This document shows positions 11,166-22,900 of a DNA stretch of 64,000 nucleotides, in pieces (the stretch's first letter is position 1; the number at the start of each line of letters is the position of its first letter). The DNA is from Phoronis australis (taxonomy: Eukaryota; Animalia; Phoronida): NCBI GenBank assembly GCA_002633005.1, contig NMRA01000344.1, positions 427,316 to 491,315 of the forward strand, in the 5' to 3' direction. The notes under the pieces were generated by a model that had not been told where the DNA came from, did no database searches, and saw only the letters and a list, made by a program, of their open reading frames with translations. Made by a program: the position numbers and the translations under genes.

Positions 11166-12720
11166 TGTATGTATGTATGTATGTATGTATGTATATATTT
11201 GTTGACGACAGTAGTTTTTGGTCAGGTGTATAATGGTAAATTAACTTCCTATTAACAATATCTGCTCTTCATCCTAAGTTGTTAGTCGGTGTTGTTTCAG
11301 CAAATGTACACAGGTAGACACACCTTTTTAAAAATTGCTCATTTACAATCTTTAGGGATTCCAGGTAAATAGACGGTCATCTATCAAGGACGAAAGTTTT
11401 GTAGTGAACCTTGCTAGTGTTGACACGACGACGTCGGTAAGTCGTTTGGTACCTTTGCAATACCTGAAAACAAAGAGCATGGATTCCTTCAAAAGGATGT
11501 TTGAAATTTGTATTACATTACCGCTGATGTCTCTGTCTTATGACTGGTAAGACAACTTCCGTTATAGCACAATACTGGCCAGCTTTTAAAGTGGCAATAT
11601 CATGTTGCCTGAACGTCGGATGTCGCGATCCGACCAATCAGGCCCAATAGAAATCATAAAATCTGACCAGGGAGCAGACAAAGTCAATAATTCAAAACAG
11701 GTAGGAACAGACTAAGCTAAAACGAGTAAAAAATTTCGAGGCGTGATTTATCAGTGGTCGTGTAACTAAACAAATGTCCCTCGGGCGTATCAGTTCACAT
11801 GACCATCAGGAGTGCAATGTTGTCCTCTCACTTTACTTTCGGGAAGTATTCCTCTCTCAGTCCTTATGTCATGATATCACCCTCCGAATCGAACAGTTTG
11901 TATAACGAGAACTTCCCTTTTTCGTTAATCCTTATCGTGCTTTTTGGATCTAAAATTAAATGTCAGGACAAGTATCTACAAGTCTTAATCTGCACGTGTA
12001 CCATTGTGTTGAATTGTTTGAGTTACATATCTACAAAAATGACATGCGTCTTTTTGTGTAATGCTTTATGCCGCTGTAAATGATGCATGTTTTTAAGACA
12101 TTGGCCTTGATGGTCTATTCTGCGCGATACAGTTTACAAATCTCACAAACATACGCGTTGTAAATTTCTTTTGCGCCTCACTATTTTTTGAATATGAAAA
12201 GCGCGCAACTTAACGCATTACAGGGAACGTATTGGCATTTCAACAGAGGTCCTGGTATTGTGTGACATTAGACCTAAGTTCGAGCCCCCCATATTGAAGG
12301 CTGGGTGCGCGCATGTAATGGTTTTATCCACTGCTGATTAGTATATTGTCAAATTTAATTCATACTGACGTCAACAGAATCCCCAGGCTTCCTCTCTACG
12401 AAAAGACGTGAAAATATGTTTAAGGCACAAATTTGGCATTGAAATATATAGGGCGCTATTTGAAACACCCTGTAATCGGAAAAGCATACGTACCTAATAT
12501 CCAAATAACAGTTGCTATTGATACCTTATTGCAGTTTAAAATCCAACGACCGGAAGTCAGCAGTGAGCCCATCGGCGTGCATGCGCAAAATGTAAACAAC
12601 AAGAGGTTGTCCACTGTCTCCTCAATGGGTAAACGGTCGAGCTTCAAGGAAGGAAAGAGTTTAATCGACGACTTGGATACCGAAACAGAGCAACGTAACC
12701 TTATGCACCATTCCACATAA
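1..12720 (+). CDS. Gene A (5'-partial): single-pass SEA-domain transmembrane mucin-like protein, MUC3/12/17-like; join(<1..170,594..712,4320..4614,8822..9002,9170..9340,10146..10245,11356..11436,12535..12720)
   Basis: Eight exons with GT-AG boundaries and matching phases (1,0,1,2,2,0,0) give one open frame: Cys module, T/P stalk, SEA (FQNG|SVIV), Cys/EGF modules, TM, tail, TAA. Exon-for-exon homology to gene B from the SEA exons onward. Confidence 0.88.
594..712 (+). CDS. Gene A exon: SEA N-terminal half (GEPLTVNASFKLGETFQWNDDLLNKTLESTQDYIREIQTQ)
   Basis: tttaacAG acceptor, GTATAT donor; homologous to 36884..37005. Confidence 0.85.
1560..3320 (-). mobile_element. Degenerate Penelope-like retroelement (RT plus GIY-YIG endonuclease remnants), gene A intron
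   Basis: Minus-strand motifs MGSPVSPIVADIYMDDF (about 2815-2865), RYVDNTFV (about 2745-2768) and IGETKRHLGTRTKE (about 1805-1847); many stops; boundaries approximate. Confidence 0.8.
3764..3989. mobile_element. hAT-like MITE
   Basis: Imperfect TIRs TAGTGGCAGATCTAC / GTAGATCCGCCTCTG; 5-bp flanking duplication TAATA. Confidence 0.75.
4320..4614 (+). CDS. Gene A exon: SEA C-terminal half with FQNG|SVIV motif
   Basis: ttcgtttAG acceptor, GTATGT donor; homologous to 42000..42306 (KYAEY vs QYAEQ near the exon end). Confidence 0.88.
5218..5335. repeat. Degenerate TACA/CA/TATG low-complexity tract
   Basis: Visible AC/AT alternation. Confidence 0.6.
6131..7095 (-). mobile_element. About 1-kb hAT-like non-autonomous element (family X, copy 1) with internal tRNA-like cassette
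   Basis: Ends CAGTGGCGGATCTAGG / CCTAAATCTGCCTATG; flanking duplication TATAAC; reverse complement matches 47522..48525 and 19136..19816. Confidence 0.85.
8822..9002 (+). CDS. Gene A exon: Cys-rich/EGF-like (LCKKANSCPRGHKCVIVNDAYPQCKGACDAYSEGICAYRNASCYLNRTYQPECR)
   Basis: Absent from the ORF track; tttttAG acceptor, GTGAGT donor; all 8 Cys and CYLNRTYQPECR shared with 42955..43132. Confidence 0.9.
9170..9340 (+). CDS. Gene A exon: end of EGF-like module plus TM helix and basic stop-transfer segment
   Basis: CSPGY...KCQ, hydrophobic VIALICGTAGGVLFLVIFVISLACGI, then KLRKANRYK; GTAAGT donor; same 171-nt length as the gene B exon. Confidence 0.9.
9561..9719. other. Assembly gap flanked by G/A-rich simple sequence
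   Basis: N run; purine-rich flanks 9478-9560 and 9720-9742. Confidence 0.99.
10146..10245 (+). CDS. Gene A exon: cytoplasmic tail 1 (LKSREDDVSIASDDLYHLRLMRAERGANDYDNE)
   Basis: cacAG acceptor, GTATGT donor; supplies the required phase 2 to 0 change; homologous to 43807..43900. Confidence 0.85.
11136..11194. repeat. (TATG)n microsatellite
   Basis: About 14 perfect units. Confidence 0.95.
11356..11436 (+). CDS. Gene A exon: cytoplasmic tail 2 (GFQVNRRSSIKDESFVVNLASVDTTTS)
   Basis: ctttAG acceptor, GTAAGT donor; 81 nt, same length as the homologous 44930..45010. Confidence 0.85.
12278..12315. mobile_element. End of a CATGCGCGCACCC-type MITE (family Y fragment)
   Basis: TTCGAGCCCCCCATATTGAAGGCTGGGTGCGCGCATG matches the reverse complement of the 34378 terminus. 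Confidence 0.6.
12535..12720 (+). CDS. Gene A last coding exon (FKIQRPEVSSEPIGV...HHST*)
   Basis: ttgcAG acceptor; homologous to 45810..45983; TAA at 12718-12720. Confidence 0.85.
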   Translation, partial: FKIQRPEVSSEPIGVHAQNVNNKRLSTVSSMGKRSSFKEGKSLIDDLDTETEQRNLMHHST

Positions 12721-15314
12721 TAAACTGGTTACATCATAACAAAGTACGTGACGTGGATATCTTTGCCCGGACGGTCCATTTGACTCATAAATCGCTTGTG
12801 AGTGTGATCAAAATGACCAAATGTCATAAATTTGAGTCATAAATGAATTGCTGATCCATGTACTATTTAAAGCCGTTTTACTCACATTTTCTTCAATCGA
12901 ACCCACAGTACGCGCGTGTAACCTGTGACGGCCAAGTCATGCTTGATTAGTGTGAAGTCTATTGTTCGTGAGTTGTGTTTTCCTGGTACAGGGATGTATT
13001 GCTTTAGGAAAACTGAAAGTAACAGAACGCTGCTGGTGATAAACAAACTATGTCGTCCAAGAGCTCAGTCTGTATCGAAGTTTTGTCAGAGCGAATGCAG
13101 AGGCAAAATCATTCTTCACTGTCACATGTTTCATTCTCGTTGTCCATGAGGCTGGAGTATCGCTAGAGACAATGCTGTTATGCTGGTAGAAAGGAATGCA
13201 GAGTATTCCTTGCAAATGGCTGGAACCCAGTCTTCCTTAACTGCCTATTACTGTCACGCGTCCCTTCGCATGAGTCTACATTTCAGTTTTGGTTAAATTG
13301 TTTTACATCGTAATTGTCTCTAACCGTTTAATAGATTCACACCATGAGCCTTGTACATAGATATCCCAATTATCGAGTGTTAGCTTTATGTGATGAAAGA
13401 TTTAGGATACAGTACGATATGGTAATACAGTATAATTTAATATGCTATCAGTTATGTGTATAAAGAGTACTAAGCATGTGACTATCAAACGCTTTTTATG
13501 TTTCCTTAAGTACGATAAGGCTGGCATTAAAAGCAAACGGACGACTGGATTATTTAATATGGGTAATCACAATTTGACATCGAAATCTTTAAAAAGAGAG
13601 TGACGAGTGTGTGTTTTTATTATAGGTTATAATGTGTTATTAGTAAAGGCGTACGTACTTGGAATACATACAATGTTCTTGTTAGCATTCATAAAGCAAG
13701 CATATACTCGCACAATTGTTTTAGTGCTGAATATCTTTTCAAATCCCGATGATCGATTTATTGCGTGTCAAGTTAGAAGATGGGCATTCTAATTCATCCA
13801 CGTGAAGCGCTGTCATAAAAGAATATTTTTTAAAAGAACAAAAATGTATTTATGTATAATTGAGTGATTATAAATCAATGCGTTAATATCGTATAAGTGT
13901 TATTAGTGTTCATGCACGTCATATGTTGGTCACATCACGTGACCAACAGTTAAGTCATAAAAGATCAATGAACCAATGGGGTTCGAAATTTTAAGTTAAA
14001 CTAACCATTACTACTTTAAAATATTTGCATTGTTTCTCTGTTCTTATTTTTGTTTGTTAGGCTCCGTAACTTACACATTACAACAGTTTGGTTGATGACT
14101 CTTTAACCATTTAAGTGTCAGTATCAATTATGCTAAAAGTGGTTTCTGAGACCAATGCCAGCGCAGGTCGCAACCTTATGCTTGGCCGGCGGATCGAAGC
14201 CTCCAGTCGATAAATTTTAAGCTTATAAATTTCATAAAGTCACCGGCCATGACTTTAGCGATTTTGTGTTGAGATTTGGCCATTTGTAATAAAAATCAAA
14301 GTATCACAACGAATTTTGTTATTTCATAGTTCTAATCAGACCTTCCAGAAGCGGGTATCATTCAAGGGGACTCCATAAATGCTTTTTCGACCATTTAGCT
14401 GATTCATCACTATCGTCTTGCCTTGCTATCATTTTGTTGTGGTTATTTTGTTATTCTGATCTCCCGAGATCTCGATGTTTTCTTGCCTGTCACGTTATCA
14501 ACTTTCTTGTCACAGATGTGAGAACCAAGGAAGAGGACGATTTATTGAATATTCTCATTAGGTTATCCGGGTGGTGCATTACCTCAAGAAGATCCCTTAC
14601 CTTCTCGCAGTTCGTCTCTCCGTAACACTTTCATCTCCAACGGGGACACATTCTCTGTTCTGCTCCCTCACACGGACATATTTCTTCACTCGCAAACGGA
14701 CTAATCCTGCGGCCCCATATTAGTAAGTGCCAGGCAAAAATCGGGGAACAAGGGAATATACTTCCGTAAGACAAGAATAGCGTTCGAGTGAGAAGAATTT
14801 TTTGTTCGTTGACAAGGGATTCTGGGTATCCTGTAATGCAGCTGGAGTTTGTAACCTATAAGGTTATTATTGAATATAACAAGATTTTTTTCTTAGCAAA
14901 GTTCATCCGGTGTTTTTTGGCGTCTGAAAGGATGCCAGATCACTAAAACGGGGTAGAAAACGTCCCAAATCTTCTCAAACATTTCGAAATAAAACCAAAG
15001 CCACATTTCCGGTGAGCATCTTTAAAGAAATTTGTAGTACAGTGAAACTATGTATACAAAGTGAGAGCCTCTCTCCAAGAACCTAACATATCGGCCAGCG
15101 TGGTGAACTTTGGGTTCAAACAAAACATACCGGCTGTCGTAGTGGATTTTGTCTTCAAACACAAACTATAAGGTGATTACATGTTTTTCTGCGCAGTCTT
15201 TTATGGAGTGATGTAAAAATGTGTAATTGGAATGGAAACTGAGTACAGCAAATTTCCTTAAATCTTGACAATCTTATCATTTTATCGTTTTTCTTTTTTT
15301 CACAAGCTCACTAC

Positions 15315-16658
15315 TAGTTAAGTCGAAAAATGGCCCCGTGCACCCCGGGACCTCAACTTACTAGTTGTATTATTGCAAAGAAAAATATGCGTGAAAACAG
15401 AAGAAAGATGTTAACAACCCAAAAAGTGTCCCACGTGCGTTTTTGTGCAAATTAGTATGGCCATTACCAATTTTTCGTTATTTGACGATATCTCACTTTC
15501 TTTTTCGTGTAATTGAACAAATCAAGTGTCAAAACCGATATTTTGAGGGAGTAAATTTCTTCATAACCTATTGCATCTGATTTGTGTTATGCGGTTACTT
15601 ACAACCGATACTACACTGGAAGTGTTTAAAAGCCAATATAACAGCTAATTGTGCAACATCAGTGATTATATAATCAGCTTTTTAATAAGCCCAATTTCAA
15701 AAAATATTTTAAACATCTCAAGGAGAAACGCGGGGATATTATTGCAGAAATATGGGCAATCATTTTAATGACGTCAACATTTGAAAATGTTGACGTCAGT
15801 GCTCACATGTTCCACCAGTGGGTTTGGTAAGATTAATCCACACGACCACGCAGGCTCTAACACTTCCTCGTCAGTCTGCCTCCACCCTTGTTCTTCGTCA
15901 TAAGGTTTTGGTTGTTCAAATATCACAATCACGCTTGGACGAAGCGACACGGTGACTTACTGGTTGGATGTGAGATTTCAGCGCAGACGGGCACTTGGAC
16001 TTGGAAGTGAGAATTTCATCTTCACCAACCATTTTGAGCAGCATCTTGCCATAAGTAGCATCTAGTCATGGCTATGGAATGCAAAGACGAGTTCTGCCAT
16101 GTCTCCAACACATTTGTGGAGCAGCTGCAAGTTGTTAGTCTTAACAGAGTGCTGAGGCATGAAGACCAAGTGGCAATTGTTGATGAATGACATCCAAAAG
16201 GCAGCTGTCTTTCCAAGATGGCCTTCGGCCACCTTCCCCGTAAACAAAAGATACTTACCGATTACATTTGCTAGTTGAATGATCTTTCAAGGCTTCATTG
16301 GGATGCCCATGATTACAACGTTCGGTTATGTTCCGAAGAGCACTAGAATCCTCTATGGGGATGTCATCTTCCTCTAAGAACAGCTCTATTAAGAGCCTTT
16401 CCATTGCCTTACACGCCGTTTTGAGACACAATAGTGCCTTTGTATATGTCTTTCCACTGAGAACACCCTTGAGAATGTCAGCTGTTACCAACTGTGCCTC
16501 AAACAGGATCTCTGCATATCCAGAACAATTTTCTTTGGGACATTTTTTCGATTTGTTAACATACTTCTTCAGTTTTCACACGTATTTTCCTTCATAAAAT
16601 TTCAACTTAAAAGTTGAAGTCCGCGGGTTGCATGAGAGGCCATTTTTCGACTGGATTA
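15315..16658 (-). mobile_element. Internally deleted Academ-type DNA transposon relic
   Basis: Imperfect TIRs of about 45 bp (TAGTTAAGTCGAAAAATGGCC... / ...GGCCATTTTTCGACTGGATTA); transposase-like fragments GVLSGKTYTKA, KAMERLL, TAAFWMSF...NNLQLLH...FAF. Confidence 0.7.
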
Positions 16659-16813
16659 TAACTTAAAAAGGTTCAAAACTCTATCATCTGCTTGTTACGG
16701 CTGAGCATTAGAGTCATTTGAAAAATGAAAAGATCGTCTCATTATAATGAGTTAACTCGACCTACATGTAGTATGTCGTTATAACGATTTAGTATCTCGT
16801 TATAAAGAATTAA

Positions 16814-18487
16814 AGGAAAATGCCACCCGATTTAATTAGTCTTTTTTACCGTCTTAATCGGTCTATTATCCACATCGCCTCTTATACGGTCGACCTAACC
16901 TTGCCGAGAGGTGTCGCGTTAACCTGTGAGGAAGGTGAGAAACGACATAGCGACGTCAGTGGTTCGACTGCGTAGTGAATGCCGCTATATTGCTGTGCAT
17001 CGTTCCCGCTTGTTCGAACTATGAAGCTGCGAAGAATGCGGGTATATCGTTTTTTCGACTTCCTCGAGAGCCCGAAATGCTTAGGAAGTGGCTCGCGGTA
17101 GTGAAGAATGAAAGGTATGCTGTTAACAGCAAGTATGAGGCCGTGAAACATCTCCGTGTCTGTGGTCGGCGTTTCGTCAACAGTGATTTCTCTGACGAAT
17201 TCCGGCTTACCAGAGAACTATCCATACGTTCCATTGCCCATGCATGTTCGCGACGCCTCTAGTATTTCTTGAACCGTCTATTCCGGTTCGAACTGATAGC
17301 ATGTGAAACCTAACGATCCGACCCGTGAAGTCTTCGTGGGATGAGCTCTTGACTAAGTCGGGAATGGCGCCGGGCGAGTTGCCATGTAGACGTTTAATAT
17401 TCTGCGTTCTGTTTCAAAATGAATTATTCTCATCCTAAAGTAATCCAAACTAATGCTTATATGAAACAAAAAGAAAGTCTGTCTTATTTGATACAATTTG
17501 TAATGCCTTGCAGTGTTCGTGAGTGCAAATGTTTTGAGAAGCCAGTAATGAATAAACCACTGCGTTACCGGCTTTTGATGCCTGCAACAAAAGTAATTGA
17601 CCGGGCACCGAGGTCGTGTGAGCGTATGCTAATTCAGTGTTTGCTGACAGAAAGCTGTTGTGAAACAATTACTCAATTTTATGTGCTATGGTCACATGCT
17701 AGGGGAATCTTTATTTAGAATTACAAACACATTATTCAAATCATTGTTACTGTACAAACTTTGCTCTGACGGTCTGCGGAAGGGGAACCCGACTCGCGGC
17801 CCCCGACAACTAATTAGATTTTCAGCCTTTCGTGGCAAATTCACATTAATAATTACGTGCATATTATTTCTTTGGCTCACTATTTTAGCCTTTTCGTGAC
17901 TGGAGGTTTAGTTTCTAACTCAAGCTGGTTTATGTTTGTGCAAGTCCCGGCGGCCGCGACGGGCCTGATCGGGTTCCGAGTCACTGTCCGGGATAACAAG
18001 CGTTTTGTGTGTTAACAACGGAAAAAATCACAAGTATAAACAACACACACCTAGGTTCTCCTGTCTGTATTTCATGGAAGAATACTTCGAATCTATCTCG
18101 GAACGGACCCCAAACTCCTGCTACGGACCTTGGTAAATTGGCCTGCCGAACTTTGTAGGCTACGGTGTGTCCAAATACCAGTGAATCCGTAACAGCGAAA
18201 TAAAACAACACGTTTTTATGAGAACCCGGTGTATTTTTAAGGGATTTACATCGAAGTTTGATGATTTATTGGTGTTAAACGATGAATTCATGAGATAAAC
18301 TGATACCACTAACCCGTGTTGTGAACTGCTGAACAGACTGCGTGTGAACCAATGACGTCTTTGGATAATTTCAACACCTCCGTCTGCCGTCAGGTGTCAG
18401 GTAACGCAACCCAATCTGCCGTTATCGAGTAGAACTACTCGATCTAAATTGATACAAAATAGGTTGTTTATTGGATGGAATTCTCCT
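16814..18487 (+). mobile_element. Kolobok-type non-autonomous DNA transposon with THAP-domain remnant (copy A)
   Basis: TTAA|AGGAAAATGCCACC ... GGATGGAATTCTCCT|TTAA; THAP pattern CIVPAC...FFRLP...W...RVCGRRF at 16975..17262; inverted second copy at 32928..35189. Confidence 0.82.
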
Positions 18488-19135
18488 TTAATTACGTCAT
18501 TATAAGGAATTGACTACCTCGTAATATTGTAGTACCAAGGTACCGAATTAAAAGAATCCACCAAAGTCAAAAGTTGTATTTTAACTATAAAATGACTTAC
18601 TGATCCATGGTTTAATGTGTACGACTTTCTCTCTTGTTGTGAACTACAAGTCGTAGCATTTTAACATGGACAAGAATTTGAAAGAATGTTTAAGGTGAAC
18701 CTCTGTGTGGACACCATTTTCAGTTTGAAAGCCTAGTGCGCTTGGGCTGTACGTGACGTCAATGAAATGGTCCTAGTAGAGCCATTGATTAAAATTCGTA
18801 AGATATCACAGAGTCTATTCTCAATTTAGTATTCTTCCAGAGGTGTTGGATCGGGGACAGAGTCAAAGAAAATTACAAAATCACTGAGTCGTTAGTCGTC
18901 CTACATGGGTTGACATTTGCCATCTTTTAACCCAAACTGTGATATGTTGATCAAATGTCTCGACATCAACTTTAAATAATCGAAAACCCAACGTACACAG
19001 TTTGACAAATTATCCCGAAAACGTTTTTCGTTTCAGTGAAGGTTTTGCATTAAGCACCTAGTTCACTGTTTTCTTCGCGCACAAAACATTGTTTCTTGAA
19101 TACAAACGATTTACACGCGGTAATACTCTTATATA

Positions 19136-19816
19136 CATAGGCGGATTTAGGGGGGGGGGGCAGNTGATTTTTTAAAGAAAATGGAATCTGAGTGACGATG
19201 AAAAAACACAAAATGCTGGTAAGATGTGAATTTTAATCGAAGCCTTAGTGAATCACTCAGAAACTCATAATCCTCTCTTTGTCAACCCTTAACTTAAGAC
19301 GATTTCCAAAGCAATCGCGTCATTAATGCCAACACAAAAAAACGGATTTGGTCTTTTGGGCAATTGAAGACTAATTTAAATACAACAAATTTGTTACGAA
19401 CTGATTACACAAAATATAAAAAGAAGTAGGTTTCGCGCGCAAACGCTGTGGACCATAAACAAGTAGGTCTCTTGTTGTCAAATTATGAGTGAAATTGTGG
19501 TGGTGCAGTGGTAAAGCACGCGCGCTCTGTTTGCTGGGTCGTGGGTTCGAGTCTGTGATAATTGCAGTTTTTCATGTTTGACACGTTCTCAGTTTTTTTT
19601 CTTTGCCTTTTTTCTTGGATAATATTTCAGAAATCAAAGAAATGCTTGATTTTTAGAGGAAAAAACAGCAAAATTTTCCTGGGCGGGGCAAACCCCCCTC
19701 ACGACCTCCCCCCATTTGGTGCTATGCGCATCTACAATCGTGGTTCAGTTTGCGCAAATGTTTACAGCCGGACAAAATGTTGGCCCCCCCCTTGTGATAT
19801 CCTAGATCCGCCACTG
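19136..19816 (+). mobile_element. Family X hAT-like element, copy 2 (internally deleted)
   Basis: CATAGGCGGATTTAGG ... CCTAGATCCGCCACTG; 5-bp flanking duplication ATATA. Confidence 0.85.
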
Positions 19817-20249
19817 ATATATCTCAGAACGAACGAAGTGCCGCGTACAAGTATATTGGGTACATACTTCAGACGTGCAGGCGGCACAAGTTGTAAAACA
19901 CTATAACGAGATAGTGAATTGTTGTAGCGACATCAGTAACGAGCTGGCTTATTCGTTATACCGAGATAATAGATGATGTTTTTAAGCTGGCCCTTGTGCT
20001 CCGCCGCCGTTTGTTGGTGACAGGTTCACAGTGTACAAAATACAAATTGATTATTAAATTGAAGAAACTTTCCTCCTTGATTTTAATGTTACAAGAATAC
20101 GAGTGCAACAAACTGCAACGTCACCGCTACCAGGTGTGATTCTCCATTTCTTTGAAAACGAAAGATATGAGTTTTTCGAATCACGGGAATAAAAGATCCA
20201 TCCACAGGTCGACCAGGAGGAGCAAAATGTCAATCTATTTAATGCGAAA

Positions 20250-20285
20250 TACATACACATAGACATACATACATACATACATACA

Positions 20286-20352
<67 letters not shown>
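20250..20352. repeat. Compound (ACAT)n-(GT)n microsatellite
   Basis: About 10 ACAT units followed by about 31 GT units. Confidence 0.95.
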
Positions 20353-20354
<2 letters not shown>

Positions 20355-21109
20355 GTGTTTAGTTCTGATCATTTTAGAATTTTAGATACCTAGTCAGTCT
20401 GGACTTCAGCTTGGCAGTGACGTTATTATCGCTCTGGCCAATAAGAAGCGCTATAAGCAGACGAGGTCAGAACACTATCAAAAAAGTGTGATATGGGCTC
20501 TCGATGCGTTTGTGGAGAGTTTTTTGATACTTCTTCTGAACTAATCTTCTTCACAGACTAGGATAGTGACATCATTAGTATTAAAATCATGTCCAGTGGC
20601 GCATAGGTGGCTAAAAATAGCAGAGTCATTTGACTAAATTTTTCTCAATTTTGTTACTCTAACTGGATATCTAAAACAATTCGTGCTTTATCTTTAGTTG
20701 ATTGTATGAGAAACGAAATGAAGAGGAAGAGCAGTGATGTACATAACCAAACCACAGAAAAGTTTTATTAGAAATATCAAATCCATATCAAACGCAGGAA
20801 CAATTTAAAAGTTGTATACTTTGAATAATGCGTTTTCGGAAGTTTTCTACTCAAATGTTCAGAGTACAGACGCATCTACGCAGTCTGGCAATCGCGGGAG
20901 TTTTACAGTAAAACTAAAGAGCGTACAAGTGCCCTCTTGAGCGTGTACATTGCCCGCTGTAAAAATGAAATTCTGGGCCATGATGCTATCCTCAAAGTCA
21001 TGCAGTTCCCGAATTTGTTGTTATTGTTGAACGGAAATCTGTGTTTTAATGTTGTAGCACACTTTTTGTAAAGCGTTTCATTGTAGATAAATAAATTACG
21101 CCGTTTTGA

Positions 21110-21270
21110 CATTTAAGGTCGTTGTGACAATTTGGGTCTGAACTTATTGTACAGGCACAAATTGTCACACACAAAAACTGCTGTGACAGTTTGGGCTTTC
21201 GCCGCCGACCCAATTTGTCACAATTTTAAACTTGTGACAAATTGAGACGCTGTCACAATTTGAGCCTGCA
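21110..21270. repeat. Cluster of direct and inverted TGTGACAATT motifs (probable MITE subterminal repeats)
   Basis: At least six TGTGACA/TGTCACA copies in about 160 bp. Confidence 0.5.
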
Positions 21271-22067
21271 CAAGCTGCTGTGCCACTATGAAGTCCTCCA
21301 CGACAGCTTATCCTCGCGTAATGGGCTGGCCGCCAAGTCTGACAGTATCACAGCATCCACAAACGCGGAAGGTTAAAGTATTGGTCTAAACAGAATGCAG
21401 ATAATTGTAGATAGCAGGCATTGTTTATAATCTATAACTGGCAAACCTGAGGTTCGAACTGACGTGACCACCTTTTCTAGACAAAAATGAATTCCACCAG
21501 CTTTCTTCAACAATTTCGGGTCCAGCAAATTTAACAATAACGGGCACATTATATATTTTGTCAGTGTTATTCATCTGTGAAGAGTTTGAGATACCAAGAC
21601 ACTTGTAGATTACGCTGATGCCAGTGCTTGGAAGATAAAAGCTGTAATAAAAGTGAAAAATTTCACATCGTTATCAGTACGTGCTAAAGGTATACGTTAT
21701 CTTTTTACATAAAACCACCGAGAAGTACAGTTGGTTGAACCTGACTGAGATAAACTGCGTAATAGATTATAGTTGCTGAAACATACAGGGAATTCGACAG
21801 GTAACATTAACTGTGACGTAATTTGCCATATAAGCATCAATAATTTAGCGTAATTGTTAATGAAATACGGCAAAATCATTGACGGTGGTATGCACCTACC
21901 TTATAAGAAAGTAGGCCTGTTCCGAGACTTTACATAGCATGATGCGACAAACCAGTCGCCGGTACATTGTCTAGAGTACCTTGAACGTAAGATATGACCA
22001 GTCTGTTCAAGTCAGTTCATTGAGTGAACTGTTTCTAATCTGAGTATGGTGGACCTGATTAAGACAA

Positions 22068-22200
22068 TATATATAGCGGCAAGTACATGCGACCCAAGTA
22101 TATAGCTGCGAGTACATGCTGCGCACGTATAGAGCAGCAAGTACATGCGACCAAAGTATATAGCAGCAAGGTACTTGCAAGTATATAGCAACAAGTACGA
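22068..22200. repeat. Degenerate minisatellite (TATATAGCAGCAAGTACATGCGACCCAAG-like, about 5 units)
   Basis: Tandem units of about 26-30 bp visible directly. Confidence 0.8.
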
Positions 22201-22479
22201 AAACGAGGCAACAAATCTGCCTGACTGAAGTTTACAGCATTATGAGCAAATACAGCGAAAATCGAATGTCGCTGTGTAATCCAGGACCGCTCTATTGGAA
22301 TACTTCATTTTAGAACCCTCTCAAAATAGTTACTCATGACCGTGTTGTTTAGTTGCTGATGCCTTGAATCATCTGTTATGGGAATCATATTATTAGGTTA
22401 CGTTAAGGTTTGAGACATATTCCGTGTCCCGAGTTAATTGGTTATCAGTTTGAATATTAAGTACGTTATAAAACAAATG

Positions 22480-22900
22480 TATATGAGCAACTGAATAATC
22501 CAGGTCTGTTGGTCTTCGTGGATTTTGAGAAGCTCGACTTCATCTTTTGGGATTTTCCATAAAATTTTACTTTTTAATTTTGGTCCAAAATCAAAAAATT
22601 GTTTCACTGCTTAATAAGGCAGTTTGTGTAAGTCAATATGGACTAGCATCTCCATTTTTGAAATAGGTAGAACATTCAATCAAGACGACGTTTTGTACTT
22701 TTGCAAAATTAAAGGGAACCTGTTGAGAAAGAAAAAATACAGAGGAAAATGCACATTGGCTCTAAATAATATAAAATTTACCCTTTGGTAATGACACTGT
22801 CATTATACTTAAGATTTTAGAAATATCGTTAATACGCTCTTGTCTCTTGATCAGTTCACGAGTTATTCACGTCTAACACCGGATTTAGTAAAAAAACTGG
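22480..22900 (+). mobile_element. Highly decayed L1/Tx1-type LINE reverse-transcriptase fragment
   Basis: NNPGLLVFVDFEK and FNFGP motifs followed by a decayed RQGD-like region; extent uncertain. Confidence 0.55.

Noticed and set aside
11301-11313. Candidate 13-nt microexon that would fix the phase between the TM and tail exons
   Set aside because: It leaves a 42-nt intron and has no counterpart in gene B; exon 10146..10245 fixes the phase and is conserved.
16975-17262. Host THAP transcription-factor gene
   Set aside because: Enclosed by TIRs and TTAA and duplicated with its flanks at 34745..35029, so it is transposon-borne.
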